From positions 123,658 through 187,657 of the forward strand of contig NW_004798271.1 in assembly GCF_000002075.1 (NCBI RefSeq): 64,000 bases of DNA, given 5' to 3'. This document shows, one piece after another, positions 38,207-64,000 of this stretch. A program made the position numbers and the translations under genes. This stretch comes from Aplysia californica. Taxonomy: Eukaryota. Position 1 is the first letter of the stretch. Each line of letters begins with the position of its first letter. A model generated the notes under the pieces. That model worked only from the letters and a program-made list of their open reading frames with translations. It did no database searches and was not told the origin of the DNA.

Positions 38207-41200
38207 AAAGGGACCAAATATCCTAATGGTGTTTCCTGCAATATTTAGGGTCAGGCTCGGTGAGATTGTAGGAGAAAAGAGTCTCAGGTGATGTGGTCTA
38301 CCGTCTTTCGGAGCCGGGGTGGTTTGTGGCGAGGTAGAGTAAATGGGTTTTTCTTTTCTTATGCACCTATGGCGTTGCTTCATTTCAAATGTTCTCAAGC
38401 TGTGCCAGACTGATGACTTTACCATTTCTTCCCAAACAACAGAACGCCACCCCCCCCCCCAATTTTTTCTTGAGCAAAAACATATATCTCTTTTCCCTTA
38501 TTATGAATGGAGCACTTTGTAACTCCTACTTTTTTACTTTACTTTCCCTCTGTTGTGTCTGTTTGTGTGTCGGTCTGTTTGGCTCTTTCTCAACTTGAAT
38601 TGGCTGTTTTTATGATGATGTGCTTTTCCTTTCTTAAACTAATAATTCGCTTATATTAATTATATTTTAAATCCATCCCACTATTCAGTCTTTTTTATCC
38701 ATGTTAATGTTGAACAAAATGTTTAATTAATGAATTCTTTTGCCCTCTCAGTGCTTTCTTATTAAACAATCAATATGTGTGTGCTGTCCGATGAGAGAAC
38801 TCTTGTTGTTAAGCACAAGCCTATGAGGCTATACAAAAGTTATTGAGTCTTTGGGTCTGTGCTTGTTGTCGTTTGAGAAAAAACAAGAATTGATTATACC
38901 GTACAGTACTATACTATTTCCACGGGTTTTCGAGAAAACTTCATTGATTTACTATACTCTTTCTACGAGTTTTTCAGAAAACTTCTGGGTTGCTGTTGTT
39001 TGTTTTTTTTTGGGGGGGGGGGGGTATTTTGGCATTCATGGTCCCTATGTGTAAGCTGCGTTCCAAGGAAGCTTAGTTGTTCTTACCTTGGCGAGCTTTG
39101 CATATTTGCACGGTATGAAAGGGAACATACATGACGTGTATTTTTGTAACTTGTGAGCCAGGCCAGATCCCAGCATGTCCATCGTATCCTCAGTCAGCTC
39201 AGGGGGGAGAAGCTGTTTTCCAGGCTCAAAGTTCTTTCTTCCCCCCTCCAGGGCTGTGCCACTGACTGAAGTTGTCTGTAGGCCATTTCCAAAGGGGGGA
39301 TATTAACATGTTCTTATGCACAGTAGAATTGTAAGGGCTGATTTATCAATGTCATGCTCATACTGTGCCGAAACAACATAGTATAGGGGGAACTGCTGCT
39401 TTTTCTTTCTTCATCGTATCGTCATTTTTCCTCTACGTCTTTTATATATATGTTTGTCACTTTCTTGTGAACTGCTATTTCCTTGATAGTCGAAGCAGAC
39501 TTTTTGCTGTTGAGGCTAGAGAGGTGTGCAGAGTAAGCCTGATTCCACGTTTGGACTTCTCTATTGACATCCACCCCTTGGCGTTCATATAACCTTATGC
39601 AGTTGCGAGCGCCGTAAAACCTTACTAAAACTAAACGAAAGTTCCCTCAATTCATTCGCCAGTATAGAGCCAACTCGTTTTCTCTCCCAAAGATTTTGTA
39701 ACTGCAATAACGCATGCTCTCGAGTCAGTATCCCACAAAGAACTGTGTTTTCCCTTAAATTAATGTTGCCGTGTTGATCTTTGTTACAGCTCACTTATAA
39801 ATGTTTGTACATGTTGTATCTAGTTCATAAGTGGATGATCAAAATTCGTTTTCTTTATATATTTATTATGCTTGTTATTAGAATTTTACTGATTACTTCT
39901 ATTTTTGTCAAATTAATGTTGTCGATCCAAAGTCCACCTGTCAGAAGTGCCAAATATGTCTTTGATCAATCAATGTTTGGGGGGGTTTTTTCAGCTCTCT
40001 CGGCGTTGCTGGTGGATTCGTTGGATGATATTTTTTGTCTGTGCTGGGCCTGGGGCTTGATGAATTGTATATTTGTGTGTGTGCCTAAAGAAAGGTGGGC
40101 CTACCTAAAGTCGGATTTTGACCATTTTGAGTTAAGGTTTGTACCTTATAGGATATTCAATGCTGAACACAGGGGTCTTTGAATTTTTTAGATATCTCTA
40201 GTAGTTTTTGAGTTGAAAGATTTGCACATTTTGCGATGTAGAGTATAAAGATAACATTTTGAGAAAATGAGCTTTTAAGTTTAACAGATGTGAGAACACA
40301 TACAAACTTGTAAAAAAACGATTTTTTAAATGTATTTATTCATGGAAAATTCATGTCCAATTTGGCATTCAGGTGACATCAATATCATGAATGGAATTCA
40401 GTGGTAAAACATAGCAGGGAAGAGAAAACGTGCTTCAAGAATAGATTTTAACACCTTTTAAAAGCAGTTCCGTCATTTGTATATATTATGACCTACCCTC
40501 AAAATAAATAAAAATAAAATATTTTGACGTCAAATCAATGAAAACACTTGGAGCACATTGTAAAAAAAATGGTGGATCTATCATTTTTTTTATGGACACC
40601 CATTTTGGTCAAAAAAGTGATTTTTGTCATTATCAGCCTGTAGCTCGAAACCGTCTGGGGCGACTTTTGGTAATGTACCTTTCTCTAGGCGTGCTCACAT
40701 TTTGTCGCCAGTACCGGTAGTCCCGAATTTCCCAGGACTGTCCCAGGTTTGATATTCAGGGATTTGAGAGACGTATCACATTTTATTATTATGTTACAGC
40801 AAAACCAGTCCCACTGAATGTAGTTTTCTTTGTTGTTTTGTAATCTGATGTTATTTTTATGTATGTTGGGTTTTGAAAAAGTTGGCAAGGGTGTGTCATT
40901 GTCATAACGCAATTGCCTCAGTCGATCTTTTTCTGAAAATTTTGTGAAATACAGTGCTTATTTAATAATAATATAATAAAAATAATAATGATAAAGATAA
41001 TAATAATAATAATGATAATAATGATAATAATAATGATAATAATAATATTGATAATATTAAAAGCTTGTTCATTAATGTCTGACAATGACATGAAATTAGA
41101 TCCTGCTAAACAGATTATCAGAAAAAATGCAAGTATGTTTACCTCACCAATAACTAGAAACCCCGAAGAAAAATGTATTTGGGCAGTTGTGTTATGACTG

Positions 41201-41609
41201 GGATGGTTTGAGTTTGATGCGTTGTTTTTTAAAATTAAAATGTTTCTTCCTTACCATGTTGATCCTGCTTTCTGATCCTAATATGTAGCCTACATATGTA
41301 TTTTGGCATTTCATGAAAAGTGACACGCATAATGCACAGATGGTGACCTTTCTGAAAAAATGTTCATAAGCAGTGATACAGCCATTCATTGTTTTCTCTT
41401 TTTTGTAACATGCAACTTTCATCTTCCAGAAAAAAATGAAGAATGACTTTTTATCATAGCTTAGATTTTCCTTCAGCATGTCATCCGAAAGTCCCTGCGT
41501 TACATGTGTCACTTTTCATGGAATGACTTTTTTATTATATATAATATTTTGTGCATATCATTTTGGGTCGTCTTATCGACATTTGTTAAAGGTTTTGGTG
41601 AACTGACTG

Positions 41610-41825
41610 GTGTTGTAGTGTTGCAGTAAGGTGCTTCACTGTCGCACGCAGAAGACGCAAGTTCAATTCCGGAGTGGGGAGAATATTTACTGTCGAATAT
41701 CTTGGTTTTTCTGATGGGATGTTGTATCCTTGTCTCTGATTCTCTGCCTAGGCTGGCCCTGACAGGCAGGGTCGGAAGCCGACCTCCTAAATGATCTAAA
41801 TTGTGTCGATGGGAGCGTAAATACA
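41610..41825 (+). mobile_element. tRNA-Asp-like SINE (copies ~57335-57540, 58850-58990)
   Basis: CTGTCGCACGCAGAAGAC...TCAATTCC..GGGGAG resembles the tRNA-Asp 3' half; shared downstream body. Confidence 0.6.
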
Positions 41826-42813
41826 CACTTTCATTTGATTTTTTAAAAAATAATAATAATAATTTTGGCAAGCTTTACGAATAAAGTAGTTTGAGGTCGG
41901 TTTGCGAAGGTGGGTGGTAACACTAACAGTAACAGTGGTGCTGAAGGCACTAATAATAATGATAATGATTATAATAATAATAATAAATAGCATTTGTATA
42001 GCGCGTATCCCCCCTCGACTGCAAGCTTTATGAGGTTTACACTCTGTAATATTATTACCCCAGCAGACCATAGAACACTCAGTAACATTCTCAGCTTCCC
42101 GGGAAGCATACAGTGCAAGCAGCTGATTAAGTGCTCGTAGAATAACAAACTGACAAGGTCTTTCACTGTCCATAGCCGGGTACCCATTCTCTCCTGGATT
42201 CGTTTAAAGTGTCTTTCCCAAGTACACAAAGTTGGGTCCCTGACGGGATTTGAACCCACGACCTTATTGTTGCGAGTCTTACAGCCTAACCACTAGGCCA
42301 CCGACACCACACAAGGCTGGCAGACTCTGTCACTGGCCAAGAGTGCAGCTGTTGTCAAGTTTGTTCCGAACAAAAGAACTTGAAATAGCCTTGTGAAATA
42401 GTCTTCTTCCCCCACCCCGATCACAAAGTGAAATTGAAAGCGACAGTGTCAGTGCAAACATGTTTACGTTCACATTGACTCAGTGCAGATCAATTTGGAG
42501 GTGGGTCTTTTTTTAATTTTCAACCTTGCCAATGGGTGGCTGGCAGGTGCACTCTGTCAGATTGTTACTGTTACTGTTACCCCTTGAATAACTTGCTGGC
42601 ATCGTGTCCAAAATGTTTCAGTGTAACGTGCTGGCTGTATTTCTTCCCTGTAGTGTATAGATATTAAATAAAGTGATGACAAAAAACAAATTGAGTGTGA
42701 AATGAAACTTTGTTACATTGTGTTGAGGTTCGTTTTGTTTGGGGTTTTTTGTTGTTTTTTTATAAAGCCAAATTCAGCTGACAGTTGGAGGACGCCTCTG
42801 GTAAGCTCTATTT

Positions 42814-43238
42814 GTGAGGCAGCGTGGTGGAATCAGGCTCTCGTCAATTTTTGGGCCTGTAGAGTTATCGGTATCATCTTAAAGCTTGTACAATTGTCTT
42901 TATTTGGATGAAAAAATATCCATTTGTCTTGAATACAAGTAAGTCGAGATATTTGCGAATGAAGGAGGTGGGGGTCACTTGTTTTCAGGGGTAAAATTAG
43001 CGAGAAAACGGCCGCCAAAGATTAGTTATTTCCATAGCTTAAGAGTCCGTGGTAACTGAAAATTTACAATATCAACGTTTTTCAAAAAAATCCACCCAGA
43101 AATGAGTTCTTTAATGGGCTTGAAAAGTGTTGGGCCAAAAAACAAAAATTTGATAAAAGTTCACATACCTTCGGAAAAATGCAAGTTTCTTCACTTTGCT
43201 TATTTTGACGAGAGCCTGATTCCACCACGCTGCCTCAC
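42814..43238. mobile_element. MITE with ~34-bp TIRs and ATTT TSD (Sola1-like); related copies ~2540-3330, 12945-13355, 23594-24152, 34125-34430, 35385-36162, 58187-58585, 61005-61380
   Basis: ATTT|GTGAGGCAGCGTGGTGGAATCAGGCTCTCGTCAA ... TTGACGAGAGCCTGATTCCACCACGCTGCCTCAC|ATTT. Confidence 0.85.
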
Positions 43239-44925
43239 ATTTTTCCTTTCTTCCCTGCCGTTTGTGTCTGCACTTGCTTTCTCCTAGTACCCAAAGACTG
43301 TCTATTCCCAAAGGGGGGATACTAACACGTTCTTATGCACTGTAGAATTGTAAACGGGCTGACTTATCAATGTCATGCTCATACTGGGCTAAAACAACAT
43401 AGGGGGGACTGCTGCTTTTTCTTTCCTCATCATTTCTATCGTCATTTATCCTCTACTTCTTTTGTATGTTTGTCACTCTTTTGTGACCTGCTATTTCCGG
43501 GGTGCCTTGGTAGTCGAAGCAAATTTTGCGCGGTTGAAGCTAGAGAGGTGAGCAGAGTAAGCCTGATTCCCTGTAAGGACTTCTCTGTTGACATCCACCC
43601 CTTGGCGTTCATATAACCTTATGCAGTTATGAGCGCCGTAAAACTTCACTAAAACATAACAGCTCGGTCCAACGTTGTGTCCTTGAGAAAGGCACTTTTC
43701 ACAAATTTCCCATTTTGCTCGGTCCTTTCGGAGATGGACGTTAAACTCGGAGGCCCCGCCTTTTGAAGGACATAATAGTGTTGATTGGGGCGTTAAACTT
43801 ATACAATTTCACAATTGTTTCACTTTCGGCACTTATAATTATAATGTAATTGCGTTGCAAGTGTCGTAAAACACGTACTAAAACAAAAATGAACAAACTC
43901 AAGCCTNNNNNNNNNNNNNNNNNNNNNNNNNNNNNNNNNNNNNNNNNNNNNNNNNNNNNNNNNNNNNNNNNNNNNNNNNNNNNNNNNNNNNNNNNNNNNN
44001 NNNNNNNNNNNNNNNNNNNNNNNNNNNNNNNNNNNNNNNNNNNNNTTCAGCACGTATGCGTACTTTTTTGTGTGTATAAAAAGAGAGAGAGAGGGAGGGG
44101 GGAGAGAGAGAAGCGCCCCCCGGGATCCCGTCGTCCAAAGCCATATATCGCGCAGTGCTTCGTGTCGGTTTTATCGTTAATAGTTCTTTTTAATCTGTTA
44201 TTATGGGGGGGGGGGGGGGGGGTTACTTCTGACTTCTGTTGCCGTGGTAATTGAAGGCTGGGTGGTTGGAGGACGCCATTAGTAGATCCTACTTCTTTTC
44301 TTCCCCTCTGGCTGCTGATTTTGTCTTTCTATCATGGTTTTATCCCGCACTACATGCCTGGTGCGAGGTGGTAAATATACCAAATAGTTTTGTTTTCGTT
44401 TTAGTAGAGGTTTTATGGCGCTCGCAACTGCATAAGGTCATGTGAGCGCCAGAAGATTAGAGGTGTTACAAGAAAGTAACAAACATAAAAAAGAAGGAGG
44501 GGAGATAAGGACGATAGATGTTTGATAGGAAGAAGAAGCAAACCACACCAAATAGTTAAGCGCCTCGCCTGGTTTTGGCATTAGTGTGGTGAATGTGCTT
44601 CTTCTTCACTCAAACTCATACTAGTGCTCGGATGAGACAAGACTGAGCACTGATGTTGTCTGTTCGGATCAAGGAAATAACAAAATGTATGATAATACAA
44701 ATGTAATGGAAATTAGCCTGGCACCTAGTCTCTAGAATGCTATAGCGCCGCGCAATACTAGAATTTTATTATTTCTCAACTGACTGACCAAAAGAAAGAA
44801 ATTAAATTATGCACATTGTGAGACCATTATTATTACAATGTATAATAACACATAAACATGCGCGCGTGCGCACACACACACACACGTAAACACACTTTCT
44901 CTCTTTCGATCGATCTCTCTCTCAC

Positions 44926-44999
<74 letters not shown>

Positions 45000-45689
45000 A
45001 CACACATACACAACTCCCAGACAGTACCATTATAGAGAACTACGTGGGTTGTCTCGGCAGATTTCTAGATGTCCTGTTAGTTGGGAGGAATTTTCTTCAA
45101 AAGCAATCAATGAACTAGATCTGTGTGCGATTGAGGCTTCTTGGAAATTCAGGGATTGATTAAAGCTGCAATGTTGCTTCCATGCCTGTCGAGAGAAAAA
45201 GAGACAAAGGCGAGAGACAAAGATGCCACTGGCGTATGATGAAGATGGACATATGCCACATGCCCATTGACCTGGAAAAAGACGAGAGAGACAGTTCTAC
45301 CGAATATTTTCTACTATTCTAGGCCTAGTAGAGAAACTTTGGTTCAACAGAGACTGAGAGGCGACTGGGGTCCATTGCCAATTAATTACCAACATGCCCC
45401 CAAGCCTAGGCTTCCTAGCCCCAAGCCCAAAGGTGTCCACACAGGTCAACACTTTTCCGGCTCTCAACACTTCTACTAAATTGTAGGCCTACCGCAAAAC
45501 ATTTTCAGCAAGGTATTATAATATCTTGAAATCTTGGTAGAGTACTAGTCTAAATAAAGTCTTTTAAAATATAAAATACATGTATAAATATTCAGCACCT
45601 TTTGTATCTGAACTTTTCGTGTCATTTAACTTTTTTTTTGTTTACTGGTTCGTTCGTAGCACTTTTTGATGTTCAGGAAAAGATCAAGC

Positions 45690-45802
45690 ACTTTGTCACT
45701 TCCGCTTTTATGTTGGCTGCTTTTTTGCGAAATAGACGAGGATAATAACAAAACCGGTGTTCCACGTCGTGTCCTGTCCACGTCTGTGCGATATTGTAAA
45801 AG
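45690..45802 (+). promoter_or_regulatory. Probable TFG promoter / non-coding first exon
   Basis: ETS-like CACTTCCG at 45697, CpG-containing stretch, donor AAAG|GTATTC at 45803; TFG ATG is preceded by a CAGCAG acceptor (48576/48579), so an upstream exon is needed. Confidence 0.5.
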
Positions 45803-46839
45803 GTATTCGTGTTTATAAATCTAAGGTAGGGGTTAATGAATTGTTTGTGTCACTGAATAAAAGTCTATTTATTCATGGTTGTGGATAAATTTAGAGTTGA
45901 GCCCGGGCGAACCATTCTTGACTGTCTCGAGTCTCGACGATGAACTTGACTTGGAAGTAACTGTCAAACTCAACAAACTGATGTTATTAGTTCTGCGTCT
46001 CTCTCTTTATCATGATGTGTCGACTAAACAATACCTTAATGATGTCAATGTCCGTTATTCTGTGTGATATTAAAGAAAGTTGGGAACTTGGTTAAGTTTT
46101 CCTATGTCATACAAACATGGTCTATGGCCTCTTTTCTGTCTCAGTCTCAACATAGATTCTGACTCACTCCCTGACTCTTGTCAGTGTCACCTGATCTGTG
46201 TCAATATTGTTATTGTCAATTCCTACAATACATTGTCAGTTTATATTAGTAATAGTAAAATCATTCTGGAGAAACAGCTCTTTACCAGCAATGAGTTAGC
46301 CCTAGTCTAGTATAGTTGACTAGATCTAAATCTAGATGAATGAGTGAATGCCTCCTTTTCATCAGTCACAAGACAAAATTAATGTAAAACAATGGCAAAT
46401 GAGTTCCTTTTTGTATGAAAACTTGTGTCTACACAGCAGCTATATGGCATGGCTCTGGACAGTTGATTTAATCTTTTTTTACCTCCATTTCCAGCGCCTT
46501 GTGACCCTTTCTATGTTCCCCAGTCCTTGCCTCTGCCTTGCTCAACTTGCTCCTTCAGGAGGACTTCCGTAACGAGCGACCGCTATGAGACAGTAGAATA
46601 TAGGCGTAGGGTTAGGTCTCTTCTTTATTGTGTTTGTTGGGGTGGTCGCTCATTACGGAAGTCCTTCTGCTCCTCCTATTAATTTTTTAAAAACTGGGCC
46701 TGATTAATTAGTAATTTAATATTTAATCATACAGCTTTACTTTAACTTTACCCACACTCCATGATCCTTGCTGGGTGGGATGGATCACTTTGCGTTGCTT
46801 CTCTTAGATGCTCAAGGCTATACAATTAACGAAGTGGCT

Positions 46840-47415
46840 AGCCGTACAAGTACGGCTAGACTGCCAGTCTAGCCGTACTTAGATCTAGGTTTGGCCCTAT
46901 CGACTCAAGCCTGTTTAGTAGGTCTCATTAGATCTAGATCTAGTAATTATTCAGGTTCAAATACATGCAAGTCAGTAAGGCATCTTTTGGTTTTATCTGA
47001 AATACAAATACTTATAGGCATTGCAAACTAAAAATTTCATTTATAATTCAGCCATCAATATTAAGTACGGCTAGCCTGACAGTCTAGCCGTCCTTAAGTA
47101 CGGCTAGCCTGGCTGTCTACCCGTACTTAAGTACGGCTAGACTGCCAGTCTAGCCGTACTTATCTTAGGCCCTATTGACATTAGAAAACAGGAGGTTTAA
47201 AATACATGCACTGTCATTAAGGCACCTGGTTTCGTCTCAAATGCAAATACTTTAGGTACTGCACACTAAAAATGTATATTTACAATTCAGTAGGCCTATT
47301 TTTTGTAAATGGTCAGTCTAGCCATCATATTAAGTACGGCTAGCCTCTTCCTACAATTAATTGTTTTTACGTACACAGACAGAGACAGATTGTGTCATTA
47401 AGTACGGCTAGCCTC
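46840..47415. repeat. Cluster of palindromic units
   Basis: AAGTACGGCTAGACTG-C-CAGTCTAGCCGTACTT hairpins, plus half-units. Confidence 0.8.
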
Positions 47416-48581
47416 TTCCTACAATTAATTGTTTTTACGTACACAGAGACAGATTGTGAGAGTCAATGACTTTTGTTCCTTTGTTACTTTGTATTTGTTG
47501 CAGAACACAGTTTTACTACTCCACAAAGTTAGAACGACATTATAAAAGGATATAAGCGAAAACTCTTACCGTGGTTGATGAGTATTTAATTTCAATAAAA
47601 GTAGTACATTGTATTTTCCTGCACAAGTGAGTAGACCAAGGCTCTGTCCCCTACTCTCTCTCGTCCGATTGTCCCACTGAAAGCCGTGATTGACTGATAC
47701 ACTTCTCGTGAACTATTCTATGCGGGATCCCCTCACCGCTCGAGATCTCCGTGTTCCTCCGCTCGAGAACCCACGCCCCGAGCATATCTCGTTACTTGTG
47801 TCCACAACAGTATTATAGTTATAATGCTGAGTGACAAGTAGTCTTTTTCTCTAGAGATTTAATGATTTAGCCTTGTAAGGGAGTTGGAACATTCTACTTC
47901 TAGGTCACATGCCTTTTGTCATCTTTTAGTCACCTCCTGATGGTTGATGGAAAAGAATATTGGAAGGGGGAGAGGGGTGTTGATAAATTTGAGAACAGTG
48001 TGCAGTCTGTTGGAACCTTCAAACAGGCTATGTTTTGCAACTTTACATTATATTCCCAATTGTACACCAATAATTCATACGTCGTTAAAGTGAGACTGCG
48101 CTGAAACTGATTATTCTGGTGAAGTTTTTCTAAACATTGCCTGTTCTTCGGTTATAATGGGTGTTTGGGTTGTTATATTAGGTGTGCTTTCTTCAATTCA
48201 TAATTTACTTTTAGCTCTTTATCAAAGGTCATAAATTGGCAAGCAATTGGCACTGTAGTTTTAGGGAGGAAAGAACTCAGGAAAAGAATATAATAGAAAA
48301 TATATGCTGAGACAGGAATTTAGCCAGAAATGGCCTTTTTATTTCATCGGTATCCCCTCCCCCCCCCTTCTTTCAGCTTTCTTTCTTTCTCCCCCCCCCC
48401 CCTCTCTCTCTTTCTTCCCCTTCTCTTCTCTCTGTGTGTGTGGCTTATTTCCATATATCTATAGCGACTCCCCCTCTCTTTTTCCTTGCCCTTCCTTTTT
48501 TTCTGATTGTATGTTCACAACTTCTATATAACTGTGTACAAACAAATCCAGTACTTTTTCCCTTCTTTCTCTTCAGCAGCC

Positions 48582-63224
<14,643 letters not shown>

Positions 63225-64000
63225 GAGACCCGCACACGTGGAGATTGATGGAAGACGCCGGGACTGAGAGAGTTTTGGGAGTAGATTGTTGATGGAGATG
63301 ATGGCCCAACACATCAGGACGCGGGACATTTTGGAATTGTGATGGAAATTGTTTTAAGACAGCCACCCATTGTCTAAGAGAAAGGTGGTTATCTTAGACA
63401 GGTGGATGTCTTGGACAGTGTCGTTATAATATAGAAAAGAAGCAAGTGGTGAAATGTGAAGTGGCTGTTTGTACAGGTGATTGTCCTATACAGGTGGCCG
63501 TCACAGCAGGTTAGACTGTAATTTGACGATGGATATAATGGTCGCACACATGGGAACAGAAAGAGCTTGGAAATAATTTGATGGTGAATATGACAGACTG
63601 TACAAAACAGACAATGAAGAAGACAGTTTTTTTCCCCTTACCCGTGCGGTGTGGATGATATTCACCGTACCGTATTTGCAACGTGCGTCAGGATGATGTG
63701 CATTATGCTGTATTTGCAACGCACGGCATTGACTTGTGTATAAATTGGAAATATTCCAGGATAGGCCAGCTACATTAAATGTTCCATGGTACATTCTTTT
63801 AGACGAAAGATAAGAATTGTCCTCTGACATGCTAGCTTAAGGGTTTGTGGCTTTCGTGATTTACTAACTTTTTTTTTTTGCTTTGCTTTCTAAAGAGTTT
63901 TCTGTACAAAGACATTTTTAAACAGGATCACCTTTTTCTCCTTTTTCCATGACTGTAGGTATAAACAGCGTGCGCTCAATGAGAAAACTGTCTTTAAGCA

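Overview
Repeat-rich animal genomic DNA (invertebrate-like; a mollusc/gastropod origin is only my guess) with several N gaps. Three spliced genes can be assembled by hand with consistent GT-AG phases: CUEDC2 (minus, 26185->9629, 9 coding exons, ~386 aa); a divergently transcribed pectinacetylesterase/Notum-family hydrolase (plus, 28156-33123, 7 exons, ~420 aa); and TFG (plus, 48582-63224, 8 coding exons, ~425 aa). Two further spliced coding units are nested in introns on the same strand as their hosts. (i) An HMG-box + 4x C2H2 zinc-finger unit sits in CUEDC2 intron 4. (ii) An unknown ~270-aa protein sits in the last TFG intron and appears to splice onto TFG's terminal exon, which is open in two frames; tandem donors 4 nt apart (GTCAGTGAGT) would pick the frame. 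The rest is a decayed I/Nimb-type LINE, RTE fragments, three tRNA-headed SINE families, two tRNA-less retroposon families sharing one LINE-like 3' hairpin tail, several MITE families, minisatellites (two built from splice donors), a template-switch inverted duplication and a probably artefactual 1.9-kb duplication. No database searches were run; all family calls rest on motif recognition.
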